Shown one piece after another: positions 10,350-18,158 of a DNA stretch of 64,000 nucleotides. The notes under the pieces were generated by a model that ran no database searches, had not been told where the DNA came from, and was given only the letters and a program-made list of their open reading frames with translations. Position 1 is the first letter of the stretch; every line of letters begins with the position of its first letter. Position numbers and translations under genes: made by a program. This stretch comes from Patescibacteria group bacterium. Its GTDB lineage: Bacteria; Patescibacteriota; Patescibacteriia; 2-01-FULL-39-33. Location of the stretch: contig JBAZMW010000003.1 in NCBI GenBank assembly GCA_041649575.1, forward strand, positions 58,102 through 122,101, read 5' to 3'.

Positions 10350-10556
10350 TTATTTTAATAATTCGTCAACTGATACGTCTAAGGCTTCAGCAATTCGTTC
10401 CATGGTCGCTAAGGTTGGATTCTTCTTACCGCTTTCAACATTACTAAGATAGGCACGATCAAGTCCCAACTTTCTGCATAAGTCGCCTTGTGTCATACCC
10501 TTTTCCTCTCTGATTCTACGGACATTAATGCCTAATTTTCTTGATGAATTTGTCAT
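10350..10556 (-). CDS. XRE-family HTH transcriptional regulator (possible controller protein of the R-M operon)
   Basis: 68-aa HTH_XRE (MTQGDLCRKLGLDRAYLSNVESGKKNPTLATMERIAEAL) 4 bp upstream of hsdM. Confidence 0.7.
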   Translation of the reverse strand: MTNSSRKLGINVRRIREEKGMTQGDLCRKLGLDRAYLSNVESGKKNPTLATMERIAEALDVSVDELLK

Positions 10557-10570
10557 AATACTGCCTTACT

Positions 10571-10601
10571 ATTATATCACATTAATTGTATTTTAGTACA
10601 A
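10571..10601 (-). promoter_or_regulatory. candidate promoter of the XRE-hsdMSR operon (TTGTAC ... extended -10 TGaTATAAT)
   Basis: read on the minus strand: ttgtac, 19-nt spacer, tgatataat about 15 nt upstream of the XRE start; the spacer is longer than optimal. Confidence 0.4.
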
Positions 10602-10617
10602 TAGCCTAAAAAACACA

Positions 10618-10641
10618 AAACCGCCCCTTTGGACGGTTTCA
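10618..10641 (-). terminator. hairpin (aaaccg ... cggttt) followed on the minus strand by a U-run; likely terminator of the tRNA-Trp transcript
   Basis: 6-bp stem with 10-nt loop, then ttttgtgtttttt on the minus strand. Confidence 0.45.
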
Positions 10642-10714
10642 TGGATCGAAGCATTGTCGTATTTGAAGCACGCTTCGATAGCTTCGAAAGTAACGAAGTC
10701 GTGCTAGCACGATT

Positions 10715-10787
10715 TGGCAGGGGATGTAGGAATCGAACCCACGCATGCGGTTTTGGAGACCGCCGTACTACCACTATACGAATCCCC
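10715..10787 (-). tRNA. tRNA-Trp (anticodon CCA)
   Basis: manual fold: acceptor GGGGATT, D arm, anticodon stem GCGGT/ACCGC with loop CTCCAAA, T arm GGTTCGATTCC; 73 nt; 3-prime CCA encoded. Confidence 0.8.
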
Positions 10788-11023
10788 CAAATTAACAGTT
10801 AACTATCAATACTTAATAATTAACTGTTAAAAGATTATTTAGTTTCCTTGTGTGGAGTGTGTTTCTGACAATGCCGGCAGTATTTTTTCATCTCCAATCG
10901 ATTTTTGAGCAGCTTTTTGTTTTTTCTAGAAAAATAATTGACGCGTTTGCAGACAGTGCACTCCATTTTAATCATGTTGTCTTGGGACATAAAAATATCT
11001 TATTATTTTTTAACTAATTTATT

Positions 11024-11096
11024 TAGCCGGCTCTCGGATTCGAACCGAGGACCTACGGTTTACAAAACCGTTGCTCTACCACTGAGCCAAGCCGGC
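11024..11096 (-). tRNA. tRNA-Thr (anticodon TGT)
   Basis: manual fold: acceptor GCCGGCT/AGCCGGC, D arm GCTCAGTGGTAGAGC, anticodon stem ACGGT/ACCGT with loop TTTGTAA, T arm GGTTCGAATCC. Confidence 0.8.
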
Positions 11097-11286
11097 GCGT
11101 CAGGCGGGCGGGCGAAATCGTTGCTCTGTCAGTTGAACTACGTTGGCTCTAGACCAACCCTGGCTGACCCGTTAATTTAACTGGTTTATAAATCAAAATG
11201 CGATTTTATTCTAACATAAAAAACTCGATTTTACAATAATCTTAGCTATTTACAATTTTTATCTAAAATAAGAATGTTTTTAAACC

Positions 11287-11315
11287 TTGACAAAATAAAA
11301 ATTAAATTATATAAT
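11287..11315 (+). promoter_or_regulatory. perfect consensus sigma70-type promoter TTGACA-N17-TATAAT
   Basis: ttgaca (11287-11292), 17-nt spacer, tataat (11310-11315); followed by a leader hairpin caggcttcaaaaagcctg and RBS GGGGAGG before the ATG at 11404. Confidence 0.6.
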
Positions 11316-11403
11316 AATATATGCTCTTTATAATTTGGATTTTGATAGTCTAATCCGAGGACAATAATTCAGGCTTCAAAAAGCCTGGGGGAGGATAAGT
11401 TAG

Positions 11404-13008
11404 ATGCAAGCAATACTGGAAGCGATCGAAACCGGCCTAGTAAGGGGCTGTGGAATATCCCTGACCGAGGCGATGAGTTCGCCACGATTCGTAAAGCTGC
11501 TGGCGAGGCAAAAGACCCTCTTTGAGCGTTACCCTAAGGACACTCACCGAGGAATCGCCCTAAGAGCCGGACATCTGGTCATGGGCCAGTTACTCAACAC
11601 CATGCCGGAATCGAAAGCTTTAGCCCAAGCTCGACGGATCAAAACACCGAAGTTCGGCTGCGGTATTGAGCTGCGCGCGCTGATCCAATTCTTTGGCGAA
11701 GCGCTAATTGTCGAAGCTGGCAAGTGCCTGCCAGACGAAGTGCTTGAATTGGCCAAGGAGTGGAGAGCGGCCACGGCGGAGAGACAGATTGAAATAGTCC
11801 GAGAACTATTCTTCATCTTTCGGTCGAAGAAACAAGGCGATGACCAAGAGATCATGACCCTCGCTCACGCTGAGCAAGATCTTATCCGTAAGGCCATGGA
11901 AAAGTGGAATCGAGGGTCTGACGCGCGAGATGTTTTACCAAGACTCTATGGCAAGTGGGACAGTAATTGTCCGGCTAACTGTCAGGGTAAGACGCAATTG
12001 CTAGTCGCCTTCGCGCACCTCGCCGGAACCAAGGCAATGGTTGTCAACGCTCTAAGCGACGGAGTACATGAGCTGTGGCGGTTAAGGGGTGAGTTGGCCG
12101 ACGCCATCTCTCAAGACATCAGACGGCGCGGCCTAGGCGGAGTCAGCTCGGAATTTGATGACAGCCTGGCTGGTCATCATTTCGCCGAGATTTTCAGGGA
12201 AAAGATTCGGGACTTCCATGTCGGTACGGCTTTGAGGCTAGGCGACGGGCGCTGGATCCTAATCGACCCGCACGCTCTTGCCTGGGGAGTTTTCTCTCCG
12301 CGCTGGCAGATGAACGAAACTCACCGACTGCTCCGAAAATACGCTGAAGTTTTGCCCGGACTGACGTTAACCCGCGATGATGGCGGAGAGGTCACGGACA
12401 AAATCAAGGCTAGGGCCGAAGTGTCTTACGACTTGATCGAGCGGTCGCGAAAGCTCGAGATTTTGCTTCGCGAACAGGTTCACTCCATGTCAGACTTCAT
12501 CGACATCGTTAAGGACTCAGAAGATTTCGATTTGCTGATGCGCCTCAACGCCGAACATGAAAGAACGACTTTTGTCCCATGGACCGATCCGAAGATAAGG
12601 TTTCTCGGCGTCGCTTCTGTGGTAGCCGGTGGAATGGACAAGCTCCATGACTTTCGGGCCATGATAGACCCAAAGTACCTAGAGCAACAAATAAAGTTGT
12701 GGCTATCATTCTACCACTGCGTGGCGGCCAATCACTTAGCGAACCAACTGGGTGACAATGGCGAGTTGGTCCATCTGGTTTGCGAGTTCAACGCCAGCCC
12801 GGAATACTATTTGGCACTGTCGGCGACCAACAGCATCATCGTGCGAGAAGATGAAGAGTCGGAATCGTTCTTCATTGATTACGGTTTCGACCAGCTCACT
12901 CTTTATAACACGATGATCCGGCGAAAGGAAGCGGCGGTCGCGGCGGCGGAGGTCGTCAAAACTCTGCCGTTTGTGCATGAGAATATGCGCACCAGATTTG
13001 GAATCTAA
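11404..13008 (+). CDS. hypothetical protein encoded in a GC-rich island (possible transglutaminase-like Cys-His-Asp core; speculative)
   Basis: 534-aa ORF in a region of about 56% GC with a strong RBS; NCQGKTQLLVAFAHLAG, HHFAEIF and GRWILIDPH loosely resemble the C/H/D motifs of transglutaminase-like cysteine peptidases. Confidence 0.55.
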   Translation: MQAILEAIETGLVRGCGISLTEAMSSPRFVKLLARQKTLFERYPKDTHRGIALRAGHLVMGQLLNTMPESKALAQARRIKTPKFGCGIELRALIQFFGEALIVEAGKCLPDEVLELAKEWRAATAERQIEIVRELFFIFRSKKQGDDQEIMTLAHAEQDLIRKAMEKWNRGSDARDVLPRLYGKWDSNCPANCQGKTQLLVAFAHLAGTKAMVVNALSDGVHELWRLRGELADAISQDIRRRGLGGVSSEFDDSLAGHHFAEIFREKIRDFHVGTALRLGDGRWILIDPHALAWGVFSPRWQMNETHRLLRKYAEVLPGLTLTRDDGGEVTDKIKARAEVSYDLIERSRKLEILLREQVHSMSDFIDIVKDSEDFDLLMRLNAEHERTTFVPWTDPKIRFLGVASVVAGGMDKLHDFRAMIDPKYLEQQIKLWLSFYHCVAANHLANQLGDNGELVHLVCEFNASPEYYLALSATNSIIVREDEESESFFIDYGFDQLTLYNTMIRRKEAAVAAAEVVKTLPFVHENMRTRFGI

Positions 13009-13038
13009 CGGCGGAAAAACAACGAGAGACGAGAGGAG

Positions 13039-13341
13039 GTGCAGACAGATATGATAGACACAAGGAGCTTTTCGCGAGAAGCCAAGGAATTGATGCGCCT
13101 GTGCCCTGTAAGTGAACACAGCGGGGAACCCACTGGTACGGACATCTCCACGGTAATTGCCGAACACCCCGAGCTCGTTTCAGGACTCTCCCAATATGTT
13201 TCCTGGGTCCGGGAGGTGGGCATGGCCATTGCGGAAACAACGACAACTCCGGCGATTGGCCACCCGGTTGCCAAGACTGTCCGGAAGGTACAGGCCCACG
13301 CCAGCGACGGCGACAAACCGAAATCCGAACCCCGCACCTAG
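13039..13341 (+). CDS. hypothetical small protein (100 aa), second gene of the GC-rich island
   Basis: RBS GAGGAGG 8 nt upstream of the ATG; same strand and composition as the upstream gene; a terminator follows. Confidence 0.35.
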   Translation: MQTDMIDTRSFSREAKELMRLCPVSEHSGEPTGTDISTVIAEHPELVSGLSQYVSWVREVGMAIAETTTTPAIGHPVAKTVRKVQAHASDGDKPKSEPRT

Positions 13342-13363
13342 TTGCGGGCGTACACAACACACA

Positions 13364-13406
13364 AAGCCCTGTCCGGCAGTAATGGACAGGGCTTCTTAAT
13401 TTTTAG
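13364..13406 (+). terminator. rho-independent terminator (aagccctgtcc ... ggacagggctt + T-run)
   Basis: 11-bp perfect stem with 10-nt loop followed by cttaattttta. Confidence 0.65.
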
Positions 13407-13431
13407 AAAAACAAATTTGTCAAAAACTAAC

Positions 13432-16194
13432 TTATTCCTTCTCCCCCCTTCTAACATCAACCTTGCCTTTTTCGTCAAAAACAATCACGTCCCGGCGGGA
13501 CAAACGTTTTTGTAAAATATAGTTGGCTAAAACATCATCGACTTTCTCCTGAATCACCCGGCGCAATGGTCGGGCGCCAAAAACCGGGTCGAAGCCGGCG
13601 ACGGACAGCTCTTCAATAAAAGAATCCGTGGCCTCCAGACCCAAACCGCGCTCCTCCAAAGTCTTGGCCACCCTAAGCAGCATCAGCCGGGCAATGCTCT
13701 TTACTTCCTCCCTGGTTAAAGGTTTGAAGATAATAATACCGTCAAAACGGTTAAGAAATTCCGGACGAAAATAAGCCAATAATTTATCATTGACCAAATC
13801 GTCTTTAACCGATTCCACCTCCTTGCCGGCGCGAACCTGCTCTTGAATAAAAGGAGTGCAAGCATTGGAAGTGGCGATAATAATGGTGTTGGTAAAATCA
13901 ATCAGCCGGCCGCGGCCATCGGTCAAACGGCCGTCATCCATCACCTGCAAAAAAATATTTAAGATGTTAAGATCGGCTTTTTCTATCTCGTCCAACAAAA
14001 CCAGGGAAAAGGGATTTTTTCTAACCGCTTCGGTCAAATGGCCCGGAGAATCCTCGGTGCCGATCAACCGATTAAGACTGGCCGTCTCCTGGTATTCTGA
14101 CATATCCAGGCGAATCATGTTTTTCTCATTGCCGAAATAAACTTCGGCCACGGCTTTGGCCAGCTCGGTCTTGCCGACACCAGTCGGACCCAAAAACATC
14201 AGATTGGTAATTGGGCGCTTGGTGCTTCTAAGTTCGGTACGAGCACGGCGCAAAGCGGTGGAGACCATTTTAACCGCTTCGTTCTGGCCAACAATACGCT
14301 CGTGAATACGCGCTTCCAGATTTAATAGTTTTTCGCTTTCTTCCTGGGTGACTTCGGTGGCCGGTATGTTGGTAAGCTGGGAAATTATTTCGGCCACATC
14401 CTCGCCGGTGACCACCGTCCTCTTGCCTCTGGTTTTGCTGGCCATGGTAGCCGCTTCCTCCAAAACGCTAATCGCTTTGCTGGGCAGAAATTTGTCATGA
14501 ATAAAGCGGCTGGACAAATCAACGGCTTTTTCTATAGCTTCGTAGGTCAGAAAAACCCGATTGCTGTATTCGATTATTCCTGATTTTAGTTCCAAAACTT
14601 GAATCGCGCCGTCGCGGCTGACTTCCGGCACCTTAACCAGCTTGAAAACATCGTTTAAAACATTGTTGCCTTCAATGTATCTGCCATAGTCTCCGACCGT
14701 GGCGGTGGTAAAGCACAAAAAGTTGCCATTTAGCAGATATTTGGCGAAAATTTCCGAAAGATCCAGACTCTCTTCTTCGCCGGTGGTGATGCCAATCAAT
14801 TCTCTGATATTCTCCACCACCAAAATGATATTTTTAGCGCGAATAATTTCCTCCATCACTCTGATTAACCGTTCTTGAGCCTTGTCGGGCGTGGTGCCGC
14901 CAATCAAACTGGCGATATTCAAACTCATTAAGCGCTTGTCCTGCATGCTTTGGGGCACCTCCTCGGTCACCATTTTTTGGGCGATGCCCTCTATAATCGC
15001 CGATTTACCCACCCCGGGCTCGCCAACTAAAATGACATTACGCTGGCCGCCGCTCTCAATCGCGCGAAAAATTTCTTCTAGTTCCTTATCGCGGCCAATG
15101 CAAGGGACAAAATAGCCGTATTTGGCCAAAGTGGTCAAATTCTGGCTGAAATGATCCAAAAATGGCGTGGCCAAAGCCGTCATGGCTCGATCGATATCGC
15201 CCCTGGGCTTAAAACGCGAGGCCGACCTGAAATGCAACCAGTTTTCCATTAAAATCTGCTGGAAACCCTGCCACATGACGACATTATTGATTTTATTCAA
15301 ATCGGCTTCAAAATCATACATGATATTAGAGACGGTTTCATCGAGCTGGCAAGCGACATAAAACAAATCTATTACCTCCACTCGATGACGATTTTGTAAA
15401 TAGGCATTTTGATAAGCCCCGAGTAGAATTTTTCTAATCTTTAAAGAAATACCGGTCTTTTGACCGACTGGTAACTTGGCTAAAGCTTTAGCTAGTTTTT
15501 CTTCCAGTAGTTCCCGGCTGATGCCCAGACGACCAATAATCAAGGCGACTTTAGAAAATGACAAGAGCGAGGCCAATAGGTGAACCGGCTCGATCTCATG
15601 ATGTTTTAATTTCCTGGCCAATAAATAAGAACGGTTCACGGCCAGCCAAGCATCGTGGACATAGGAAAAAGAGACGTCGATTTTTCTTTTTTTGTCTAAT
15701 TGTTTGAAAAAAGAAAAATTACCAATCCTTTCACTGGCCAATAAATTGTCATCGGCCGATTGGTATTTTTTTTCTTTGATCTTTTTCTGCCGGTCGGCCT
15801 CGCGGCTCAAACGATAAAAAAGATAGAGGTCGGTTACCAGACTTAGCCAAAAAACAGAAGCCCAAAAACCCTCCAAAAACAACAGATTGGTCTGAGGCGA
15901 CAGCGGGCTAGTTCCCCAAATCAGCCGCAGCTGCCAAATCAGAGAAATAATACCAACAGCTCCAAAAACCCAAAGCAGACTGTTTATAATTATTTTAAAA
16001 ATGTTTCGGATCTGATTTTCTAAAACCGCCGAAGAGTTTATGCTTTTGCCCCAAAACAACAAAACGTCGCCCAGCCACAGGCCAAGCGAGCGTCCTTGGC
16101 AGACAGGACACGGCGCTCCGTTTACTTCTCCCCTGCCTTGGCAAGAAGAGCAAAGTAAATAATCCAATTTTTTTTCGTTTGTTTTAGCCGACAT
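13432..16194 (-). CDS. ClpA/ClpC/ClpE-family double AAA+ ATPase with N-terminal zinc ribbon and predicted transmembrane helices
   Basis: two Walker A boxes (GEPGVGKSAI, GPTGVGKTELAKAVA), the DMSEY ... LVLLDEIEKA ... QVMDDGRLTD signature of AAA-2, and a short middle region with no long ClpB-type coiled coil. The N-terminus has CSSC-x10-CPVC and two or three hydrophobic helices. Confidence 0.85.
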   Translation of the reverse strand: MSAKTNEKKLDYLLCSSCQGRGEVNGAPCPVCQGRSLGLWLGDVLLFWGKSINSSAVLENQIRNIFKIIINSLLWVFGAVGIISLIWQLRLIWGTSPLSPQTNLLFLEGFWASVFWLSLVTDLYLFYRLSREADRQKKIKEKKYQSADDNLLASERIGNFSFFKQLDKKRKIDVSFSYVHDAWLAVNRSYLLARKLKHHEIEPVHLLASLLSFSKVALIIGRLGISRELLEEKLAKALAKLPVGQKTGISLKIRKILLGAYQNAYLQNRHRVEVIDLFYVACQLDETVSNIMYDFEADLNKINNVVMWQGFQQILMENWLHFRSASRFKPRGDIDRAMTALATPFLDHFSQNLTTLAKYGYFVPCIGRDKELEEIFRAIESGGQRNVILVGEPGVGKSAIIEGIAQKMVTEEVPQSMQDKRLMSLNIASLIGGTTPDKAQERLIRVMEEIIRAKNIILVVENIRELIGITTGEEESLDLSEIFAKYLLNGNFLCFTTATVGDYGRYIEGNNVLNDVFKLVKVPEVSRDGAIQVLELKSGIIEYSNRVFLTYEAIEKAVDLSSRFIHDKFLPSKAISVLEEAATMASKTRGKRTVVTGEDVAEIISQLTNIPATEVTQEESEKLLNLEARIHERIVGQNEAVKMVSTALRRARTELRSTKRPITNLMFLGPTGVGKTELAKAVAEVYFGNEKNMIRLDMSEYQETASLNRLIGTEDSPGHLTEAVRKNPFSLVLLDEIEKADLNILNIFLQVMDDGRLTDGRGRLIDFTNTIIIATSNACTPFIQEQVRAGKEVESVKDDLVNDKLLAYFRPEFLNRFDGIIIFKPLTREEVKSIARLMLLRVAKTLEERGLGLEATDSFIEELSVAGFDPVFGARPLRRVIQEKVDDVLANYILQKRLSRRDVIVFDEKGKVDVRRGEKE

Positions 16195-16204
16195 TTAAAA
16201 TAGC

Positions 16205-16570
16205 TTAAAATAATAAAGTTATAAATTTATAGACAACCATCAGAGGCAGGGCTAGCCAGCCCAGAAATAAACAAAAAATTAAAAGCGCCCAAATTGCCAG
16301 CGCCAGGGCGCGAAAAACAATTTGGACCAAACGCATGAAAAAACTGATTAGCCGACCCTGCCAATCGGTTTGGCTGTACATCGGCTGGAAAAGATTGACA
16401 AGCCAAACGCGGACGCCGATAGTTCTTTCACCGTTTAAAAATTTTTGCCAGAAAAACAGACCGGTTTTTTTGGCGCCGACGGTGTACCACCAAAAAGGGA
16501 AATAAACCGCGTCCAAAAACACCTCCAGAAAAACTGATTTAATTGGGCCTAAAACAATGCCTTTGAGCAT
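16205..16570 (-). CDS. hypothetical membrane protein
   Basis: 121-aa ORF with hydrophobic helices; no recognisable motif. Confidence 0.35.
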   Translation of the reverse strand: MLKGIVLGPIKSVFLEVFLDAVYFPFWWYTVGAKKTGLFFWQKFLNGERTIGVRVWLVNLFQPMYSQTDWQGRLISFFMRLVQIVFRALALAIWALLIFCLFLGWLALPLMVVYKFITLLF

Positions 16571-16603
16571 ACAGATGGTTATATTATAACATTTTCGAGA
16601 GAA

Positions 16604-17623
16604 TTAAAAAACCCGTTCTAACTTATATAGCCAATAATAATTTAATAATCTCTCACGCACCTTATGACCATTGCCGTGGCTTAACAGCCCTAAATATGAT
16701 TGCAAAGTCGCGTTAGTCGGACTAATCTTAATTCTATTTATGGACTTTCTCTTGGTGGTATTCCGCAATACCCGATGGTCAGTAAAATGAACCCAACCAA
16801 GATAATCAACTCCCGAGGCCATTGTTCTTATGGATATTTTATTGGGATGAAGAGTGAGCTTTAATTCCTTAGACAAAAATTGACCTATTTCTGGTAATAT
16901 TTTTTCTAGATACTCTTTGTCGTCATTGAGAACCATAAAATCATCGGCATAGCGCAAGTAATATTTCACTTTTAATTTATGTTTTACCCATTGATCAAAA
17001 TCATTCATGTAGACATTGGCCAGTAGTTGCGAAGTGAGATTGCCAAGTGGCAGCCCGATATCCTGGCCGTAAATCTTACTATCATAACTCTCAATTACCT
17101 CGTCGAGCAGACTCATAATATCTCGGTCGGGAATATAGCGGGATAAGCTATCCATAAGGATTTTATGATCGATACTGTCAAAAAATTTCCTGATGTCACA
17201 TTTCAAAACCCAGCAGGTGCGAGAGTGATTTTTGCTTGTTTTGTAGGCCAAAGCACGGAATCTGTTCATCGCTTTATGCATTCCCTTATCATTGCGGCAA
17301 GAGAAAGAATCGGCGATAAAAGTCCTGTCAAAAAAGGGATAAAGAATTCGATAGATAGTATGATGAATCAAGCGGTCGCGGACGCTGGCTTTGTGGATAT
17401 GCCGACGCTTAGGATCGGTTATATAGAAATCAACATAGCCGCCATGACAGTATGTTCGATTGGCCAAATCCTCGTTTAATGATAAAATATTGTCGAGCAG
17501 GTTACGAGAAAATATTTGGACGTCCAGCTTCATTTTTTTGCCAACGATAAATTCTCGCCACGCGGAAAATAAATTTTCTAAATCAATAATCGAATTATAG
17601 TTATGGCTCAGTTGGATTTTCAT
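16604..17623 (-). CDS. DGR-type reverse transcriptase
   Basis: RT motifs including YADD (RYADDFMVL) and the DGR-specific GLPLGNLTSQLLANVY ([IV]GxxxSQ); N-terminal LENLFSAW. The start is chosen at the internal ATG (MKIQLSH...) downstream of the G10 tract; the track ORF extends to 17683. Confidence 0.85.
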   Translation of the reverse strand: MKIQLSHNYNSIIDLENLFSAWREFIVGKKMKLDVQIFSRNLLDNILSLNEDLANRTYCHGGYVDFYITDPKRRHIHKASVRDRLIHHTIYRILYPFFDRTFIADSFSCRNDKGMHKAMNRFRALAYKTSKNHSRTCWVLKCDIRKFFDSIDHKILMDSLSRYIPDRDIMSLLDEVIESYDSKIYGQDIGLPLGNLTSQLLANVYMNDFDQWVKHKLKVKYYLRYADDFMVLNDDKEYLEKILPEIGQFLSKELKLTLHPNKISIRTMASGVDYLGWVHFTDHRVLRNTTKRKSINRIKISPTNATLQSYLGLLSHGNGHKVRERLLNYYWLYKLERVF

Positions 17624-17639
17624 AATAATTCCTTTAAGT

Positions 17640-17649
17640 CCCCCCCCCC
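17640..17649. repeat. homopolymeric C10/G10 tract in the RT 5-prime region / avd-RT divergent intergenic region
   Basis: 10 consecutive C on the plus strand; lies about 17-26 nt upstream of the proposed RT start codon. Confidence 0.9.
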
Positions 17650-17674
17650 AACGGGTTTTGATAATTTTCCAATT

Positions 17675-17995
17675 TTGACGCAATTAAAGGAAGGGTATAA
17701 ATTGTGGCACGGCTTCTTAAATCGCCTGCCTCGCACTACGCGCTATACTCTGGGGACAAAAATCGATAATATCTTTACGGATTTAATTGCCACCGCCTTA
17801 ACCGCCAAGTTTGCCAGACAAGATGAAAAAATTATCAGGCTAAAACAAATCAGCGAGGGTCTTGATCATCTCAAATACTTTCTGACGATACTGTGGGAAA
17901 TAAAAGGGATAGACAGTGGCAAACTCTCCGCTTTGGGCAGTCGTCTGGCTGCCGTCGGAAAAATGGTCGGCGGATTACTCAAGTCAATTTCATAA
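17675..17995 (+). CDS. Avd-like accessory variability determinant (four-helix-bundle / 23S-IVS protein family)
   Basis: LPRTTRYTLGTKIDN and LGSRLAAVGKMVGGLLKSI match the FPKEEKYxLGxQIRR ... LxxLIKSL pattern of the four-helix-bundle family used as DGR Avd. The start is uncertain: TTG at 17675 or 17702 (the track ORF starts at 17603 and would overlap RT). The gene is on the strand opposite to RT, TR and target. Confidence 0.55.
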   Translation: MTQLKEGYKLWHGFLNRLPRTTRYTLGTKIDNIFTDLIATALTAKFARQDEKIIRLKQISEGLDHLKYFLTILWEIKGIDSGKLSALGSRLAAVGKMVGGLLKSIS

Positions 17996-18040
17996 AAAGG
18001 AAAAGAAGGTCTCAAAAACCTTCTTTTCCTTTTTATTTTC
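17996..18040. terminator. perfect 15-bp stem hairpin (aaaggaaaagaaggt / accttcttttccttt, 7-nt loop) + T-run
   Basis: starts 1 nt after the avd stop codon and lies 16 nt 3-prime of the TR on the other strand. Confidence 0.7.
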
Positions 18041-18047
18041 ACATCAT

Positions 18048-18155
18048 CAGGAGCACGAAGCCGATATTGTCGTTGCCATTCTCGTCCCAGTTGTTGCAGT
18101 TGAGCCCGTTGTCGTCGAAGTTGCCAGCAATGAGACGATTGCCGTCGTTCAAGGT
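18048..18155 (-). repeat. DGR template repeat (TR), 108 bp
   Basis: aligns to 18606-18713 with 21 mismatches; 20 of them are adenines on the minus (sense) strand of this copy. Read in the VR frame it encodes TLNDGNRLIAGNFDDNGLNCNNWDENGNDNIGFVL with 10 AAC/AAT codons. Confidence 0.85.
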
Positions 18156-18158
18156 CAA

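Noticed and set aside
10577-10774. 65-aa minus-strand ORF
   Set aside because: It overlaps tRNA-Trp and the operon promoter/terminator region.
10792-10830. 11-bp perfect inverted repeat ttaacagttaa ... ttaactgttaa abutting the 5-prime end of tRNA-Trp
   Set aside because: It is plausibly just an AT-rich palindrome in the tRNA spacer. No second copy or associated gene was found; noted but not called as a regulatory site.
11544-13360. Several 60-143-aa ORFs on the minus strand overlapping the 534-aa gene and its downstream ORF (11544..11855, 12480..12662, 12736..13167, 12956..13360, 13005..13337, 13180..13362)
   Set aside because: They overlap a long plus-strand ORF that has a promoter, RBS and terminator. 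Long antisense ORFs are expected by chance in 56-60% GC DNA.
16604-17683. Longer RT ORF starting at 17683 (MRQNWKIIKTRWGGGLKG ...)
   Set aside because: The extension reads through the G10 homopolymer and would overlap avd. DGR RTs normally start near the LENLxxAW motif, so the internal ATG at 17623 is preferred (not proven).
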